DNA of 37,755 bases from a virus (lineage: Duplodnaviria; Caudoviricetes). How positions within the stretch are numbered: the stretch's first letter is position 1; each line of letters opens with the position of its first letter. The translations under genes were made by a program, and so were the position numbers. Below the pieces are notes generated by a model. That model did not search any database. It was not told the origin of the DNA and saw nothing but the letters and a program-made list of their open reading frames with translations. The stretch covers positions 1 through 37,755 of the IMG/VR virus record IMGVR_UViG_3300030330_003397; one strand, 5' to 3'. Of the stretch, positions 36,463 through 37,755 are shown piece after piece.

Positions 36463-37755
36463 AGAAGTGTAAGCAGGGGTATTACTACTGCTATAAAGAT
36501 AAAAAGTGTAAGCGAATCCCTGGTGGATATCGTGTAGGTCTGGGTGGGTATCTCCGCAGGGAAAGAGAAGAAGAGAGATCTGAGGATAGTGGCGAAACCG
36601 AAACCAAGAAAAATGGTAACGGAAATGGTAATGGTGGAAACGGCGGTAATGGTAATGGTGGAAACGGCGGTAATGGTGGAAATGGTGGCGGTGGTGTAAG
36701 TGAATCAGTAATGACTAAAGCGCAAATTAAAAAGCGTGATGAAATTGCTGACTCTATGAGTACAAGAGAATTCAATAAAAGATATGGTAAGGACCGTGGT
36801 AAGAGTGTGAAGTACGCTACTGCCACTAAACTTGCTATGGGAGAAGGGTGGTCAGATAAATATAAGAAGTCTATTGATTGTGATAATCCAAAAGGATTTT
36901 CTCAAAAAGCACACTGCCAAGGCAAAAAGAAAATGGACGAAGAAATTATCTCTGAAAAACGTGATGGTAAGTCTTCCAAAGACAAAGGATATTCTCTCCG
37001 CGACTGGTTCAAAGGTGGTGGTTGGAAACAGACTGGTGGTAAATATGATGGTAAGCCCTGTGCAAAACAACCTGGTCAAAAGACCAAACCATATTGTCGT
37101 GACGCAGACGACCGTGCTGCTATGAGTAAAGAAGAGAGAAACAAGAGAGCTGCTAAAAAGCGTAAAGAAGATCCAAATCCAAACAGAAAAGGGAAGGCAA
37201 AGAACGTGACTCAAGAATCGTATTCAAACTGGAGACAAGATCTTCAAGAAAAACCAGGTGATGGTTATCTTGGTCCAACACTTAAAGTTGGTAAAAAGGA
37301 ATACGGTGTTCCAAACCCTATTCGTATCGCAAAAGATGTTCATGATAATACGAATAGGGCACAAAAAAGAAGAAATGATGCGTACAATCAAGTGCAACCT
37401 GGTTCTGCAACATTTGTAACTCCATATTCAACTTTCAACAATCAAACAAGCACTGCTAGTCAGACACTTTTTGGAATGCAGAAGCAGTCTTATGAACCAG
37501 AAGGTGAGGTTGTTGAAGGACGTGATCCTGGACCTGGTGATGCTATGCCAGGACATGCGTTTTTCAAAAACGCTGCTGGAGGAATTACCACTTTAAATCA
37601 AGTTGACGCTAAAATTAAAGCAAAACAAGTAGATAAGAAAAAAGGTGTTAAAGAGGAGTTTGTAGAAGAAGGCAAGAAAGATGCTTGCTACCATAAGGTC
37701 AAGTCTCGCTATTCTGTCTGGCCAAGTGCTTATGCCTCTGGTGCATTAGTTAAGT
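36459..37755 (+). CDS. Modular basic protein, 3'-truncated by window end (at least 432 aa); not in ORF track
   Basis: Hand translation from ATG 36459 (MKKCKQGYYYC...) is open to the last base; late promoter motif 36429-36436. Confidence 0.85.
   Translation, partial: MKKCKQGYYYCYKDKKCKRIPGGYRVGLGGYLRREREEERSEDSGETETKKNGNGNGNGGNGGNGNGGNGGNGGNGGGGVSESVMTKAQIKKRDEIADSMSTREFNKRYGKDRGKSVKYATATKLAMGEGWSDKYKKSIDCDNPKGFSQKAHCQGKKKMDEEIISEKRDGKSSKDKGYSLRDWFKGGGWKQTGGKYDGKPCAKQPGQKTKPYCRDADDRAAMSKEERNKRAAKKRKEDPNPNRKGKAKNVTQESYSNWRQDLQEKPGDGYLGPTLKVGKKEYGVPNPIRIAKDVHDNTNRAQKRRNDAYNQVQPGSATFVTPYSTFNNQTSTASQTLFGMQKQSYEPEGEVVEGRDPGPGDAMPGHAFFKNAAGGITTLNQVDAKIKAKQVDKKKGVKEEFVEEGKKDACYHKVKSRYSVWPSAYASGALVK
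36612..36695 (+). repeat. Gly/Asn low-complexity tandem repeat (NGNGG)n
   Basis: Repeated AATGGT/GGAAACGGCGGT units in frame. Confidence 0.9.

Noticed and set aside
36855-36862. Internal GATAAATA late promoter
   Set aside because: Explained by Asp-Lys-Tyr codons inside the open frame; no supported gene start follows
4745-37214. Numerous minus-strand and alternate-frame ORFs in the track
   Set aside because: Shadow frames of long + strand genes with biased codon use; no independent signals
1-37755. tRNA, rRNA, intron or intein
   Set aside because: None recognised by eye and the structural genes appear uninterrupted; tRNAscan and Rfam were not run

Overview
This window is part of a T4-like marine cyanomyovirus (Kyanoviridae-type) genome and has two very different halves. 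(1) About 1-4400 is a GC-richer early/accessory array of at least 12 small + strand genes. Nearly every gene has its own promoter cassette: a sigma70-type -10, often with a palindromic box exactly 30 nt upstream and/or a hairpin over the -35 zone, then a short C/A-rich leader without a Shine-Dalgarno. The array includes a KTSC-like gene behind a predicted pseudoknot, two very acidic proteins, a winged-helix-like protein, and an ORF-less promoter-to-terminator unit (about 1475-1591) whose 3' single-stranded segment is complementary to the CCAACC leader shared by the cassettes. (2) About 4450-37755 is the AT-rich virion module: AbrB-like, GT2-like, gp25, gp6, a 3957-aa gp7-like wedge protein, gp8, a VrlC-like structural protein, a fibre-like protein with a cupredoxin-type motif, gp13, gp14, gp15, gp16, and a truncated ORF missed by the ORF track. 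That ORF looks like a polyprotein of basic modules separated by prohead-protease-type cleavage sites. T4-type late promoter motifs (NNTAAATA) precede many late genes. All assignments are from reading the sequence and recalling family motifs; no searches were run.
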